Shown here in pieces: positions 20,658 to 30,899 of a stretch of DNA of 64,000 bases (position 1 is its first letter; every line of letters starts with the position of its first letter). A model generated the notes under the pieces. The model made no database searches, had not been told where the DNA came from, and saw only the letters and a list, made by a program, of their open reading frames with translations. This stretch comes from Chitinophaga pinensis (lineage in GTDB: Bacteria > Bacteroidota > Bacteroidia > UKL13-3): assembly GCA_945873755.1 (NCBI GenBank), contig CAMCEM010000003.1:1085-65084 (forward strand). The letters run 5' to 3'. Position numbers and translations under genes: made by a program.

Positions 20658-23024
20658 ATGAAATTTAAACTGATAATTGTACTTTTTACTTTGTTATTTA
20701 TAAATGCTTGTAATTTTAATGAAGGAGAAAATGAAAATAATCAAACTAATTCAGATTCTATTGTTGTAAATACAACTATTAAAGCAATATTTAGTACTGA
20801 AGACTCATTGTCTGAAAAAAATATTTCTGTATCAATAATTGGAAAAGATGCTGAACATATTTTTGATGTGGAAGGTAAAACTAATTATAAAGTAGAAAAT
20901 GGTGTATTAAATTTATTTTTAGCTCCAGGAGTAAATCCTACTAACGAAAATCCATTAACCTTTACCATACAAGCCAATATGGAAGGTTATTTACCAATAA
21001 AACAAGAAGTTTTTGTATATAATAACACTGAAAAAGTTTCAGTAAACTGCATCTTTAAAAAACCTATTATTTTAAATAAAGAACAAAAAAAGGAAGCTAC
21101 TTTAATTGAAAAAAATAAAAACAAAACGGATACAAAAGTAAATTCAAATTCACCTCAAGTTTTTCCTAAAGCAGAGGTAAAAAAACCAACTATAACTACA
21201 GAAGTAAAAAACAAACCAACTCCAACAGAAAAAAAGATTGTTGATGTTAAAACAAAAGTAAATTCACCTAAAGTTTCAACAAAAACAGAGGTAAAGAAAC
21301 CAACTATCACTACAGAACAAAAAAAGGATGTTATTCCTGTTGAAAAAAAGATTGTTAAAACAGAAACAAATTTAAGTGCTAATTCACCTAAAGTTTCAAC
21401 AAAAACAGTGGTAAAGAAACCAACTATCACTACAAAAGAAAAAAACAAACCAACTCCAACAGAAAAAAAGATTGTTGACGTTAAAGCAAAAGTAAATCCA
21501 AATTCACCTAAAGTTTCACCCAAAGCAGAGGTAAAGAAACCAACCATAACTACAGAAGAAAAGAACAAATTAACTCCAGAAGAAAAAAAGATTGTTGATG
21601 TTAAAGCAAAAGTAAATTCACCTCAAGTTTCACTTAAAGCAGAGGTAAAGAAACCAACCATCACTTCAGAAGAAAAAAACAAACCAACTCCAACAGAAAA
21701 AAAGATTGTTGACGTTAAAGCAAAAGTAAATCCAAATTCACCTCAAGTTTCACCCAAAGCAGAGGTAAAGAAACCAACCATAACTTCAGAAGAAAAGAAC
21801 AAATTAACTCTAGAAGAAAAAAAGATTGTTGACGTTAAAGCAAAAGTAAATCCTGATTCACCTCAAGTTTCACTTAAAGCAGAGGTAAAGAAACCAACTA
21901 TAACTACAGAAGAAAAAAACAAACCAACTCCAACAGAAAAAAAGATTGTTGACGTTAAAGCAAAAGTAAATCCTGATTCACCTCAAGTTTCACTTAAAGC
22001 AGAGGTAAAGAAACCAACCATTACTTCAGAAGAAAAGAACAATCCAACTCCAGAAGAAAAAAAGATTGTTAAAATAGATTCAATTAATTTTGTTGTTGGT
22101 TCTAATATTGTTAAACCTAAAGTTGAAGCTCAAAAACCAACAGTTACAGTAATAAAAAAGGAGGAAATTCCTGCTAAAAAAGAGAATATTAAAACTGATA
22201 CTTTAGGAATAATTGCAAATTCAAATTCTTTATTGCCTAAAGTTGATATTAATAAACAAAAATTAAATGGAAAGCAAAAAAAGGATTCAATTAATGTTAC
22301 TAAAAAGAAAGATAACATAGATACTTTAACTTTAAATTCAAGAATAGATAGTGATACTTTTAAAATTGAAAAACAAAATGCTAGCTTAATTGCGGCACAA
22401 AATAAAGATACCATTCCTTTCAATAAAAAGAATTTAGGAATTTCACTTGGTTTGGGATCTATAGGTTATAATTTGAGTTTACACCATCAATTTAACAAAA
22501 AATTTGGTATAAGATTAGGTTATTCGAGAGGATACTATGATCCGCAATATTATACTGTATTTAGCGGGAACTCCATTAATGTTGTATCAGATTTTAATGT
22601 AGAAATGTTAAATTTTCATTTAGATTATTTTCCGTTTAAAAATAAGATATTTAGAATTACTACCGGAATTTCAAGAAATTTTAATACTTATTTGCTTAAT
22701 ATAACACCACTTACAAATCAAACATTTGGTTATATAAGTTATCCTCCAGAATCGATAGGGAATTTGCAAGTAAAAGTTACTGTTGACGAATTTAATCCTT
22801 ATTTAGGTATTGGGTTTGGTAAAACAATTCCTAATACAAAGCTTGGAATGGGTGTTGATTTTGGTTTGTACTATCATGGTTCGCCAAAGTTTAAGTTAAT
22901 AACAAAAGGTTCTTTTGAACCAAGTAACAATCAAAAAAATATTTCTTTATTGAATAATGCTTTTAACGATTGGGTATTTTTTCCTATGGCTAATATAATT
23001 ATTGTTTACAGAATTAACGATTAA
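20658..23024 (+). CDS. Modular lipoprotein: N-terminal Ig/transthyretin-like module, K/P/T/E-rich 40-aa tandem repeats, C-terminal beta-rich barrel-like module
   Basis: Lipobox 'INAC'. The N-module is shared with the 23030 gene. There are 8 well-conserved and 2 degenerate copies of 'KVNPxSPxVSxKAEVKKPTITxEEKNKPTPTEKKIVDVKA'. The C-module is shared with the 19957 gene. Confidence 0.75.
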   Translation: MKFKLIIVLFTLLFINACNFNEGENENNQTNSDSIVVNTTIKAIFSTEDSLSEKNISVSIIGKDAEHIFDVEGKTNYKVENGVLNLFLAPGVNPTNENPLTFTIQANMEGYLPIKQEVFVYNNTEKVSVNCIFKKPIILNKEQKKEATLIEKNKNKTDTKVNSNSPQVFPKAEVKKPTITTEVKNKPTPTEKKIVDVKTKVNSPKVSTKTEVKKPTITTEQKKDVIPVEKKIVKTETNLSANSPKVSTKTVVKKPTITTKEKNKPTPTEKKIVDVKAKVNPNSPKVSPKAEVKKPTITTEEKNKLTPEEKKIVDVKAKVNSPQVSLKAEVKKPTITSEEKNKPTPTEKKIVDVKAKVNPNSPQVSPKAEVKKPTITSEEKNKLTLEEKKIVDVKAKVNPDSPQVSLKAEVKKPTITTEEKNKPTPTEKKIVDVKAKVNPDSPQVSLKAEVKKPTITSEEKNNPTPEEKKIVKIDSINFVVGSNIVKPKVEAQKPTVTVIKKEEIPAKKENIKTDTLGIIANSNSLLPKVDINKQKLNGKQKKDSINVTKKKDNIDTLTLNSRIDSDTFKIEKQNASLIAAQNKDTIPFNKKNLGISLGLGSIGYNLSLHHQFNKKFGIRLGYSRGYYDPQYYTVFSGNSINVVSDFNVEMLNFHLDYFPFKNKIFRITTGISRNFNTYLLNITPLTNQTFGYISYPPESIGNLQVKVTVDEFNPYLGIGFGKTIPNTKLGMGVDFGLYYHGSPKFKLITKGSFEPSNNQKNISLLNNAFNDWVFFPMANIIIVYRIND
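21135..22082 (+). repeat. In-frame tandem repeat, about 120-bp unit (114-123 bp), about 8 copies
   Basis: The landmark 'gcagaggtaaagaaaccaac' recurs at about 21171, 21291, 21411, 21531, 21640, 21763, 21883 and 22003. The central copies are nearly identical at DNA level. Confidence 0.95.
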
Positions 23025-23029
23025 TACAA

Positions 23030-24973
23030 ATGAAATATAAATTATTACTTATACTTTTTGCTTTTGCAATCACCAATTCTTGTAGGTTTCCGAAAGAAGA
23101 AATAGAAAAGTTTGAAATAAATACAGATGCTAGCTTTGTAAATATATTACTTAAAGCTAAGTTTTACACAGAAGACTCGTTGCCTATTAGAAAAATATCA
23201 ATGAATATAAATGGAAAAGATGCCAAACATATTTTTGATATTGAAGGTAAAACTAATTTTAATGCAGAAGGAGGCGTAATAGATTTTATTTTAGGACCAA
23301 ATGCTAATCCTACTAATGACAATCCAATAACTTTTACAATTCAAGCAAATATGGAAGGCTATCTTCCTTTAAAACAAGATGTATTTGTATTTAATAGTAC
23401 CCAAAAAATTACAATTAATTGTACTTTTAAAAAACCTGTAAATATACCTACAAGCTCAAAGTATAGTTCATTATCATTAAATTTTTTAGGTAAAACAAGA
23501 TTAGACACTGCGTACTTTAATATTTTAAGAAATGATGGTGTTAATTTTACAATAAAATATCCTACAAAAGGGTTGTTTTTTCTTAAAAAAAATTCAGTAA
23601 AATTTAGGGTTGAAAACAAAGATGAATTTTTAAGTAATTTATTATTAGATACCATAAAATATAGCCCCGACAGTGGTTCTGCAATTTCAACTTTAACTAA
23701 CAAAGTTTTTAAATATAATATTAAACCTAATGAAGATAAAATAACAGTTAATCCATTAACTTTAGTTTCATCTGCAAAAAACATTACAGCAAAAGTTGGA
23801 TATCTTAAACCAAATTTAATTGCTGAATATAAATCAAGAAAAATTCCTGATACTACCAATTTAAGCAATGTTAGGGTAAATATTATTACCCAATCTAGTT
23901 TTCAAGAATTTGGTTATACTGATGAAAATGGAGTTGTTATTAATAATTATACCTCATTTAGTAATGCAGTTGGGATTCCACAAGTTTTCTTTTATGATGC
24001 TTCAACAGGAATTGCGCTAACTCCATATTATGCTGATTGTGATAATGGAGCTATTATAGAAGCCAATTTACCAATTAATAATTATAAAATTTTTATTGAT
24101 GGAATTGATTACAGCAGCAATTCTGATATGTATTTTAACACTAAAAGAGTTGTAAATATAAAACCCGATTTCTTTGAACCAAGCGGAACTGAATTTAAAT
24201 TAATTTTTAAAGACAATATGCTAAATGGGAGATTCTTTTTATTTAACAATGCAGTTAACAGTTGCGGTTTTGCAAATGTTGAAGTTAGCTCGCCTAATAT
24301 TCCTTTAAACAGAGGATTTTACGGTAAATTTAATTTAGTACATCCACAATACGATGTTACATACGATTTAGATTATTCAAAGCAAATAAATTCATACAAA
24401 GTGCCAGCTTTTGCTACATCAAATACAAGCATTAAAGTTAGTTTAAATCATCCAACTAATTTATGTAGAAACAATACTACCTTGTTTAATGAAGAAATAT
24501 TGAATACACCTTTATGTAACTATACCATTGCCCCATTAACAGTAAACTTTAACTATAATCCATCTGCTTTTTTAAGTACTATAAACGATTTTAAGGCAGT
24601 GACTGCTAATGCTAAAATTGTTTGTCCTTCGGGTAATTTTATTTTCCCACCAACCATTGATTTGTTCTTGTATCAATTAGGTTGCAATAGCGAAACAACC
24701 ATTCGATTTGAAAATGGAACTTATAACAGTCCTTCGTTAATTGAAGATAAAAAAACATACATTTTAAGATACGACAAACTATCTCAAACTGGTTTACCAA
24801 CTAAAATTTACGATACTTTATATTTTGACTCTGACGTGCCAGAGAAGATAATTAAAGACGATAAAACAGGCTATTGGGAAGGAACTTTAACTTACAATAC
24901 TACCAGTGGTTTTGAAATAGATGTTTTATTCGACAATAGAAAATTAAGGTACAATATTCCTAACTGTAAATAA
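23030..24973 (+). CDS. Large hypothetical lipoprotein sharing the N-terminal module of the 20658 gene
   Basis: Lipobox 'ITNSC'. 'GKDAKHIFDIEGKTNF...NPITFTIQANMEGYLPLKQDVFVFN' parallels 'GKDAEHIFDVEGKTNY...NPLTFTIQANMEGYLPIKQEVFVYN'. The remaining about 500 aa are unrecognised. Confidence 0.65.
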   Translation: MKYKLLLILFAFAITNSCRFPKEEIEKFEINTDASFVNILLKAKFYTEDSLPIRKISMNINGKDAKHIFDIEGKTNFNAEGGVIDFILGPNANPTNDNPITFTIQANMEGYLPLKQDVFVFNSTQKITINCTFKKPVNIPTSSKYSSLSLNFLGKTRLDTAYFNILRNDGVNFTIKYPTKGLFFLKKNSVKFRVENKDEFLSNLLLDTIKYSPDSGSAISTLTNKVFKYNIKPNEDKITVNPLTLVSSAKNITAKVGYLKPNLIAEYKSRKIPDTTNLSNVRVNIITQSSFQEFGYTDENGVVINNYTSFSNAVGIPQVFFYDASTGIALTPYYADCDNGAIIEANLPINNYKIFIDGIDYSSNSDMYFNTKRVVNIKPDFFEPSGTEFKLIFKDNMLNGRFFLFNNAVNSCGFANVEVSSPNIPLNRGFYGKFNLVHPQYDVTYDLDYSKQINSYKVPAFATSNTSIKVSLNHPTNLCRNNTTLFNEEILNTPLCNYTIAPLTVNFNYNPSAFLSTINDFKAVTANAKIVCPSGNFIFPPTIDLFLYQLGCNSETTIRFENGTYNSPSLIEDKKTYILRYDKLSQTGLPTKIYDTLYFDSDVPEKIIKDDKTGYWEGTLTYNTTSGFEIDVLFDNRKLRYNIPNCK

Positions 24974-25012
24974 AAATAATAGCATTTTGGATTTTAATAT
25001 ATTGCTTTGTAA

Positions 25013-25882
25013 ATGAAACTAATCAAAGAAATAAAATCATTAGTTTATAAAGCAAAAAAAAATTACAGAAATGTAGTTTTAAAACGAAAAATTAATAATT
25101 TTTACTTACTAAATAAGTCGAAAATAATCGATTCAGCACTTTTATCTTCACTTCAATATTATTTGAATAACGAGTTATCGGTATTTCCATATTTGTTTAA
25201 AAATGAATACAATAAACTGGAATTTACAGTAACCAATGAAAATGGATTTAACTATATTTTGTTTAATGGATACAAAATGTATTTTAAACAAAACTGGTCT
25301 GTTTTAAGCTGCAAAAGTTATATTAAAACATTATTGGTTGAACAAGATGCTAGATCACCTCATTGTTATTGTACAGATAATTTTTATGTAAATAACGATG
25401 AAACATTGCTAGATATTGGAGCAGCAGAAGGAAATTTTTCATTGTTATCAATTAATAAAGCCAAAGAAATTTATATGTTTGAATATAACATTGATTGGTA
25501 TAAAGCATTAGAAAAAACATTTGAACCTTTTACTGAAAAAATACAACTTTTTAATAAAAAGGTAGACAATAAATCAACTTCCAATTCAATAAAGTTAGAT
25601 GATTTACCAGAGTTATATACAAAAAAACTTTTTATTAAAATGGATGTAGAAGGAAGCGAAAAAGCCATTTTTAAAGGAATGGAAAAACTGCTTGCCACAA
25701 ATAAAAACATTAGAATAGCTGTTTGCACTTACCATGGATATAATGATGCAGTTGAATTTGAAAACTACTTTAAACAACTAGGTTTTAAAACTGAGTTTTC
25801 AACCGGTTATATGCTTTATTATTTTGCTAAAGATTTAAAACCACCATATTTAAGAAAAGGGGTATTGCGGGTTTGGAGATAA
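25013..25882 (+). CDS. FkbM-family SAM-dependent methyltransferase
   Basis: 'LLDIGAAEGNFSL' SAM-binding glycine motif and FkbM-like C-terminal half ('IKMDVEGSEKAIFKG'). Confidence 0.6.
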   Translation: MKLIKEIKSLVYKAKKNYRNVVLKRKINNFYLLNKSKIIDSALLSSLQYYLNNELSVFPYLFKNEYNKLEFTVTNENGFNYILFNGYKMYFKQNWSVLSCKSYIKTLLVEQDARSPHCYCTDNFYVNNDETLLDIGAAEGNFSLLSINKAKEIYMFEYNIDWYKALEKTFEPFTEKIQLFNKKVDNKSTSNSIKLDDLPELYTKKLFIKMDVEGSEKAIFKGMEKLLATNKNIRIAVCTYHGYNDAVEFENYFKQLGFKTEFSTGYMLYYFAKDLKPPYLRKGVLRVWR

Positions 25883-25940
25883 AGAAAATATTCATTTAAA
25901 ATAATTTCCTGATTGCTCGAAATCCTTAATTAGACTGATG

Positions 25941-26014
<74 letters not shown>

Positions 26015-26037
26015 TATTTTAATGGTGCAAATATATT

Positions 26038-26343
26038 TTACAAAGTTATAATTCCAAACTTTAATAAAACTATTGCTAATCCGTATATAAATGTTGCTAA
26101 TATTATACCTCTGCCTGTTTTTAATTTATCAAATTGTATAAATATATAAAATACTGCTAAGTTAATAACTGCACATAAACTAAGTAGGGGAGATAGCATT
26201 TTTTCTTCTACCGAAATTTTCAAGAATTCGCCTAAAGCCAAACTTTCAAATTTGGTAAAATAAAAAATAATTATTCCTACAGTTGGAGCCAAAAGCCCAA
26301 CAACAATTCCTATAACTAAGTGATTAAATTTTGTGTTTTCCAT
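26038..26343 (-). CDS. Small integral membrane protein (3 predicted TM helices)
   Basis: Hydrophobic helices. Directly abuts the surE stop, suggesting co-transcription. Confidence 0.5.
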   Translation of the reverse strand: MENTKFNHLVIGIVVGLLAPTVGIIIFYFTKFESLALGEFLKISVEEKMLSPLLSLCAVINLAVFYIFIQFDKLKTGRGIILATFIYGLAIVLLKFGIITL

Positions 26344-27111
26344 TTAAAATTTCCATTTGTTTAAATCTGATATAGATTTGTGAGCAGTTAAATCGAAATG
26401 AACCGGAACTATTGATACATAATTATTTGCCAATGCCCATTCATCTGTATCTTGTCCTTCATCATTGTTTACAAATTTGCCTGTAAGCCAATAATATTTT
26501 CTTCCATTTGGATCTAATCTTTCATCAAAATCTTCTTCCCATTTAGCATTTGCTTGCCTGCATATTCTTATCCCGTTTAAAAGTTCTTTATCTATTTTAG
26601 GGATATTTACATTTAGTAAAACGCCTTTTGGTAAATTTTCTTTTAAAATATTTTCAGCAACTTTAGTTGCAATTTCAGCTGCTAAAGTAAAATCAGCTTC
26701 GTAAGCAAAATCGCATAAGCTAAAACCTGCCGATGGAATGCCCTCAATACATCCTTCCATAGCTGCACTCATAGTGCCGCTATACAATACATTTATTGAT
26801 GAATTACTTCCATGATTAATACCTGAAACCACTAAATCTGGTTTTCTATGCAATACTTTGTCAACAGCTAGTTTTACGCAATCGGCTGGAGTGCCACTGC
26901 ATTGGTAGGAAGCAATATCGCCATATAAATCGGTTTTGGCCAAACGTAAAGGTTTGCTTATAGTTACTGCATGTCCCATGGCACTTTGAGGTGCATCGGG
27001 TGCAACTACTATCACTTCACCTAAATGTTTTACAGCATTTACCAACGCTTTAATTCCTGGTGCGGTTATACCATCATCGTTGGTTACAAGTATCAATGGC
27101 TTTGTCGACAT
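26344..27111 (-). CDS. surE: 5'/3'-nucleotidase SurE
   Basis: N-terminal 'ILVTNDDGITAPGIKAL' and 'SGINHGSN' signatures. Typical length. Confidence 0.92.
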   Translation of the reverse strand: MSTKPLILVTNDDGITAPGIKALVNAVKHLGEVIVVAPDAPQSAMGHAVTISKPLRLAKTDLYGDIASYQCSGTPADCVKLAVDKVLHRKPDLVVSGINHGSNSSINVLYSGTMSAAMEGCIEGIPSAGFSLCDFAYEADFTLAAEIATKVAENILKENLPKGVLLNVNIPKIDKELLNGIRICRQANAKWEEDFDERLDPNGRKYYWLTGKFVNNDEGQDTDEWALANNYVSIVPVHFDLTAHKSISDLNKWKF

Positions 27112-27293
27112 TTTTATTCTGTTTATTGGTGGCGCAAAGTAAGATTATTGAGTTAATATTATGAGTATTTTTATACAAAAATGATTGATTTAACTAATAA
27201 AAAAATTATTATTTAAGTAGAATCTAATTATTTCTAATATCCTTTTTGTTAATTGAGAAATAGATTGGTATTATCGCATTATTAATTAAAACC

Positions 27294-29498
27294 ATGAAAA
27301 AAATATTTTTATTTATCGCTTTACTTTTAAACGGATTTTTATTTGCTCAAAATTTAACTATTGAAGATGCTATTTTAAAAGGTAGAACAACTTTAGCTCC
27401 TCAACGATTAAGTCAACTTATGTTTAAACCCGATAACAAAACAATAAGTTATATTGGAAAATTAAATGGGAAAGAAGTATTAATTTATATAAATGTACCT
27501 GATTTAACTAAAGACACCATTTTAAAAGTGGAAGATTTGTATTTATCTTTTTATAGTGTAATGCCAGAAGAAACTAAGTTTGAAAGATTTCCTTTTTTTA
27601 CTTGGTTCGATAATAATTCAATCATTTACACTTACAACAATTCAGTTTATTTATACGATTTTACAAATAAAAAAACTACAATAAAAGTAAGAGCCAGCGG
27701 CAATGCCGAAAATATTGATTACGATAAAAACTCAAACAGAATTGCATATACTATAGGCAGTCAATTGTTTGTTAGCGATAACACTTCTATAAATACATTG
27801 CTCGATTATGCTAAAAAAGGGAAAAAAGATGGAGTTGTTCAGTCTGATTTAATAACAAACGACAATGGTGCCGATTTTGATAACGGAAAAGGGGTACATA
27901 GAAGTGAATTTGGAATAACCAAAGGTACATTTTGGAGCCCAAAAGGAAATAAATTAGCTTATTATATGTTAAATGAAACCATGGTAACTAGTTATGGTTT
28001 AATGAAATTTGATACAAAACCATCGGGTTTAGAAAATATTAAATATCCTATGGCTGGTGCTAAAAGCCACGAAGCAAAAGTTTTTGTTTACGATTTTATT
28101 AAAAAACGCAATGTTGAAATAGAAACAGGTGAGCCTAAAGAACAATATTTAACAAATATAGCATGGAGTATAGATGAAGAGTTTTTATACATAGCAGTTG
28201 TAAACCGTGGGCAAAACGAAATGAAATTGAATATGTATGATGCACTTTCAGGTAAATTTATCAAAACATTGTTTACCGAAACTAATGCCAAATATGTAGA
28301 ACCCGAAAAACCAATATTATTTGTTAAAAACAACGATAAACAATTTGTATGGCTAAGCGAAAGAAACGGTTTCAATAACTTTTATTTATATGAAAGAGGA
28401 GGAAAACTATTAAAGCAACTAACTAATTTAAAACAACACATTAGCGAATCGGTAGGCTTTGATGCAACTGGAGCTAATTTATTTTTTAATGCTTTTTCGG
28501 CAGATGGAATGAACAAATACTTGTATTCGGTAGAAATTAAAAGTGGTAAAATTACTCAACATAATAAATTAGAGGGCATACATGCTTCGATTGTAAGCGA
28601 TGATGGTTTTTATATTTTAGATAGTTATAGTAATTTAAATACACCACGCCAAATAATATTAAACGATGTAAAAGGAAGAATTTATGGTTCGTTGGTAAAT
28701 GCAGTTAACCCTTTGGTAAATTTTGCTACAACAGAAATTACACTTGGTAAAATTAAATCACCTGATGGGGTAACCGATTTAAATTACCGATTAATTAAAC
28801 CTGCAAATTTTGATTCAACTAAAAAATATCCAACAATAGTTTATGTTTATGGAGGGCCTCATGCGCAAATGGTTACTAACAGTTGGTTAGGTGCTGCCGA
28901 TTTATGGATGCTTTCGTTTGCACAACAAGGTTATGTAATTTTTACATTAGATAATAGAGGTTCACTAAACAGAGGATTAAATTTTGAAAATATTACTCAT
29001 CGCCAATTGGGTAAATATGAAATGGAAGACCAACTTGCTGGTGTTAAATTTTTAAAACAACAAAACTATGTTGATTCAAATAAATTAGGTGTTTATGGTT
29101 GGAGTTTTGGTGGCTTTATGACCACTAGTTTAATGACCCGAACGCCTGATGTATTTAAAGTGGGTGTTGCTGGTGGACCAGTAATTGATTGGAGTTTGTA
29201 CGAAATAATGTATACCGAAAGATATATGGATACTCCGCAAGAAAACCCTGATGGATACAAAGAAAACAACTTAATTAATTATGCTAAAAACTTAAAAGGC
29301 AAACTACTTTTAATACATGGAACTAACGATAATGTAGTTTTATGGAACCATACTTTAAATTATATTAAACAATGTGTTGATGATGGTATTTTAATTGATT
29401 ATGCCGTATATCCAACCCACGAACACAATGTTTTAGGCAAAGACAGAGTGCATTTATTCAAAAAAATAAATCAATACTTTAACGATTATTTAAAATAA
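27294..29498 (+). CDS. Dipeptidyl-peptidase IV-type S9B serine peptidase
   Basis: Signal peptide. N-terminal beta-propeller region. C-terminal alpha/beta hydrolase with nucleophile elbow 'GWSFGGFMT' and 'LIHGTNDNVV...HEH'. Confidence 0.85.
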   Translation: MKKIFLFIALLLNGFLFAQNLTIEDAILKGRTTLAPQRLSQLMFKPDNKTISYIGKLNGKEVLIYINVPDLTKDTILKVEDLYLSFYSVMPEETKFERFPFFTWFDNNSIIYTYNNSVYLYDFTNKKTTIKVRASGNAENIDYDKNSNRIAYTIGSQLFVSDNTSINTLLDYAKKGKKDGVVQSDLITNDNGADFDNGKGVHRSEFGITKGTFWSPKGNKLAYYMLNETMVTSYGLMKFDTKPSGLENIKYPMAGAKSHEAKVFVYDFIKKRNVEIETGEPKEQYLTNIAWSIDEEFLYIAVVNRGQNEMKLNMYDALSGKFIKTLFTETNAKYVEPEKPILFVKNNDKQFVWLSERNGFNNFYLYERGGKLLKQLTNLKQHISESVGFDATGANLFFNAFSADGMNKYLYSVEIKSGKITQHNKLEGIHASIVSDDGFYILDSYSNLNTPRQIILNDVKGRIYGSLVNAVNPLVNFATTEITLGKIKSPDGVTDLNYRLIKPANFDSTKKYPTIVYVYGGPHAQMVTNSWLGAADLWMLSFAQQGYVIFTLDNRGSLNRGLNFENITHRQLGKYEMEDQLAGVKFLKQQNYVDSNKLGVYGWSFGGFMTTSLMTRTPDVFKVGVAGGPVIDWSLYEIMYTERYMDTPQENPDGYKENNLINYAKNLKGKLLLIHGTNDNVVLWNHTLNYIKQCVDDGILIDYAVYPTHEHNVLGKDRVHLFKKINQYFNDYLK

Positions 29499-29507
29499 GA
29501 AATATAT

Positions 29508-29870
29508 CTAAACTTGGTCCTGGATTCTTTTAATTATTAGTTGACTTATTCTTTTATTTACTTCAGTTTTATTTTCCAAATAAAATGTAAACTCCATTTT
29601 GCTAAATAAACCAATGGTTAAACCTAATAATTGGTTTTTAAGAACAAGGTTTTTCTGAAAGTTTTTTTTAATAAATAGTTCTTTATCTTTTTCTTTTACA
29701 GGTATTTCGTTTTTATTAATATGGTTTAAAACCAAATCTAATATTAACTCATTCTGAAACTTTAAAATGGGGCGCAATGTTTGGTTTTGAAAATTTTCAA
29801 TATCCAAACTTTGTTTATCTAAATCAATAGTAATAGCTGGTCTAAGTAGTAATAGTTGGTTATCTCTCAT
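29508..29870 (-). CDS. Hypothetical protein
   Basis: ORF with coherent coding composition. No motif recognised. Confidence 0.45.
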   Translation of the reverse strand: MRDNQLLLLRPAITIDLDKQSLDIENFQNQTLRPILKFQNELILDLVLNHINKNEIPVKEKDKELFIKKNFQKNLVLKNQLLGLTIGLFSKMEFTFYLENKTEVNKRISQLIIKRIQDQV

Positions 29871-29922
29871 TTTTTATATAAAAAAAAGAGGTTGTCTCAA
29901 AAGGACTACCTCTTTGTATTAT

Positions 29923-29991
29923 GTCACATTGAGCGTAGTCGAAATGTTTTGAAAACGTAATTATTAAGTTCTCGACTTCGCTCGAACTGAC
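29923..29991. repeat. Imperfect inverted repeat (about 22-nt arms, 25-nt spacer), REP-like intergenic element
   Basis: 'gtcacattgagcgtagtcgaaa' pairs with the reverse complement of 'ttctcgacttcgctcgaactgac' (about 3/4 of positions). It resembles the 'GAGCG..GTCGAA' intergenic palindromes common in Bacteroidota. An adjacent hairpin aaagaggt/acctcttt lies at 29885-29915. Confidence 0.5.
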
Positions 29992-30032
29992 GAGCACTTT
30001 AGGGCATTTGAGTCAGGCTCTTTTTAAATTCT

Positions 30033-30824
30033 TTATTTCTTTTTAGTAGTATATTTTGTTCCCTTTCCAAGGAAAAAGTTAAAAGTATCGCTTCGTAAAC
30101 CTAGCCTTAAAGTTTCGCAAGGTATTACATCGTTTGGAGCAATATTTCCCAAACTTACATTAGCACCAACTAACTTTATAAAATAAGTTTGTTGGGCTTT
30201 TTGAGGAGCTTCCCAAATAATTTTTTCAGAAGGTATTTTGGTTAATATTTCTTGAACCAATCCTTCTCTTACTTCGCCACTGCTTCTATATACTCCCACG
30301 TTTCCAGCTTCCCTGGCTTCAGCTATTACTTTCCATGCACCAGCTTCTATTTCTGTTTCCATTAGCTGAATCCATTGGTAAGGAGGAATAATTTTTTCAA
30401 TGTCTTTACTTCCTACTTCGCTTAAAACGGTAACGTATTTACTCAATTTCTGAATATAATCTAGCTTTATGTCATGAGGTAACTCTATTGATCCGTCTGA
30501 TATCTCGGCATGAGTTAATTTAAATTTTTCAATTCCTTTTAAATAATCATCAAATTGGTTTCTTACTAAAAAAGCTTCAAATAAGGTACCTCCAAAATAT
30601 ACTATGATATTATTTTTTTGGTAAAGTTTTATCTTTTCGTCCAAGTTTGGTGTTACAAAAGCAGTTCCAAAACCTAATTTAATAATATCTATTAAGCCTC
30701 CCGAAACTGAAATCAAATCTTCAGCTTCTCTAAAACTCAATCCCTTGTCCATTACCATTGTTAATCCCATTTCGCGAGGTTTTAAACTGCGTTCAGGAAT
30801 CATTTTCAACTTAAAGTTATTCAT
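30033..30824 (-). CDS. comA: (2R)-phospho-3-sulfolactate synthase (ComA family)
   Basis: 'PERSLKPREMGLTMVMDKGLS' N-terminus and TIM-barrel-like length/pattern ('IDIIKLGFGT', 'AEISDGS') typical of the ComA/YitD family. Confidence 0.75.
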   Translation of the reverse strand: MNNFKLKMIPERSLKPREMGLTMVMDKGLSFREAEDLISVSGGLIDIIKLGFGTAFVTPNLDEKIKLYQKNNIIVYFGGTLFEAFLVRNQFDDYLKGIEKFKLTHAEISDGSIELPHDIKLDYIQKLSKYVTVLSEVGSKDIEKIIPPYQWIQLMETEIEAGAWKVIAEAREAGNVGVYRSSGEVREGLVQEILTKIPSEKIIWEAPQKAQQTYFIKLVGANVSLGNIAPNDVIPCETLRLGLRSDTFNFFLGKGTKYTTKKK

Positions 30825-30899
30825 TTATTTTAAACAATTGTGGTGCGATATTAGTATTTTATGTTAGTTTAAAGTTTAATTTTTATAAAAGTCATTAAT

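Noticed and set aside
21135-22082. Regular 120-bp repeats considered as a possible CRISPR array
   Set aside because: There are no unique spacers between the repeats. The whole unit is repeated head-to-tail, stays in one reading frame and encodes a coherent 40-aa peptide repeat inside a long ORF. No cas genes are present.
21155-22423. Minus-strand ORFs 21155-21568 and 22130-22423
   Set aside because: They are antisense shadows of the K/E/T-rich repeat region. Their low-complexity F/V/S/T-rich translations mirror the sense repeat.
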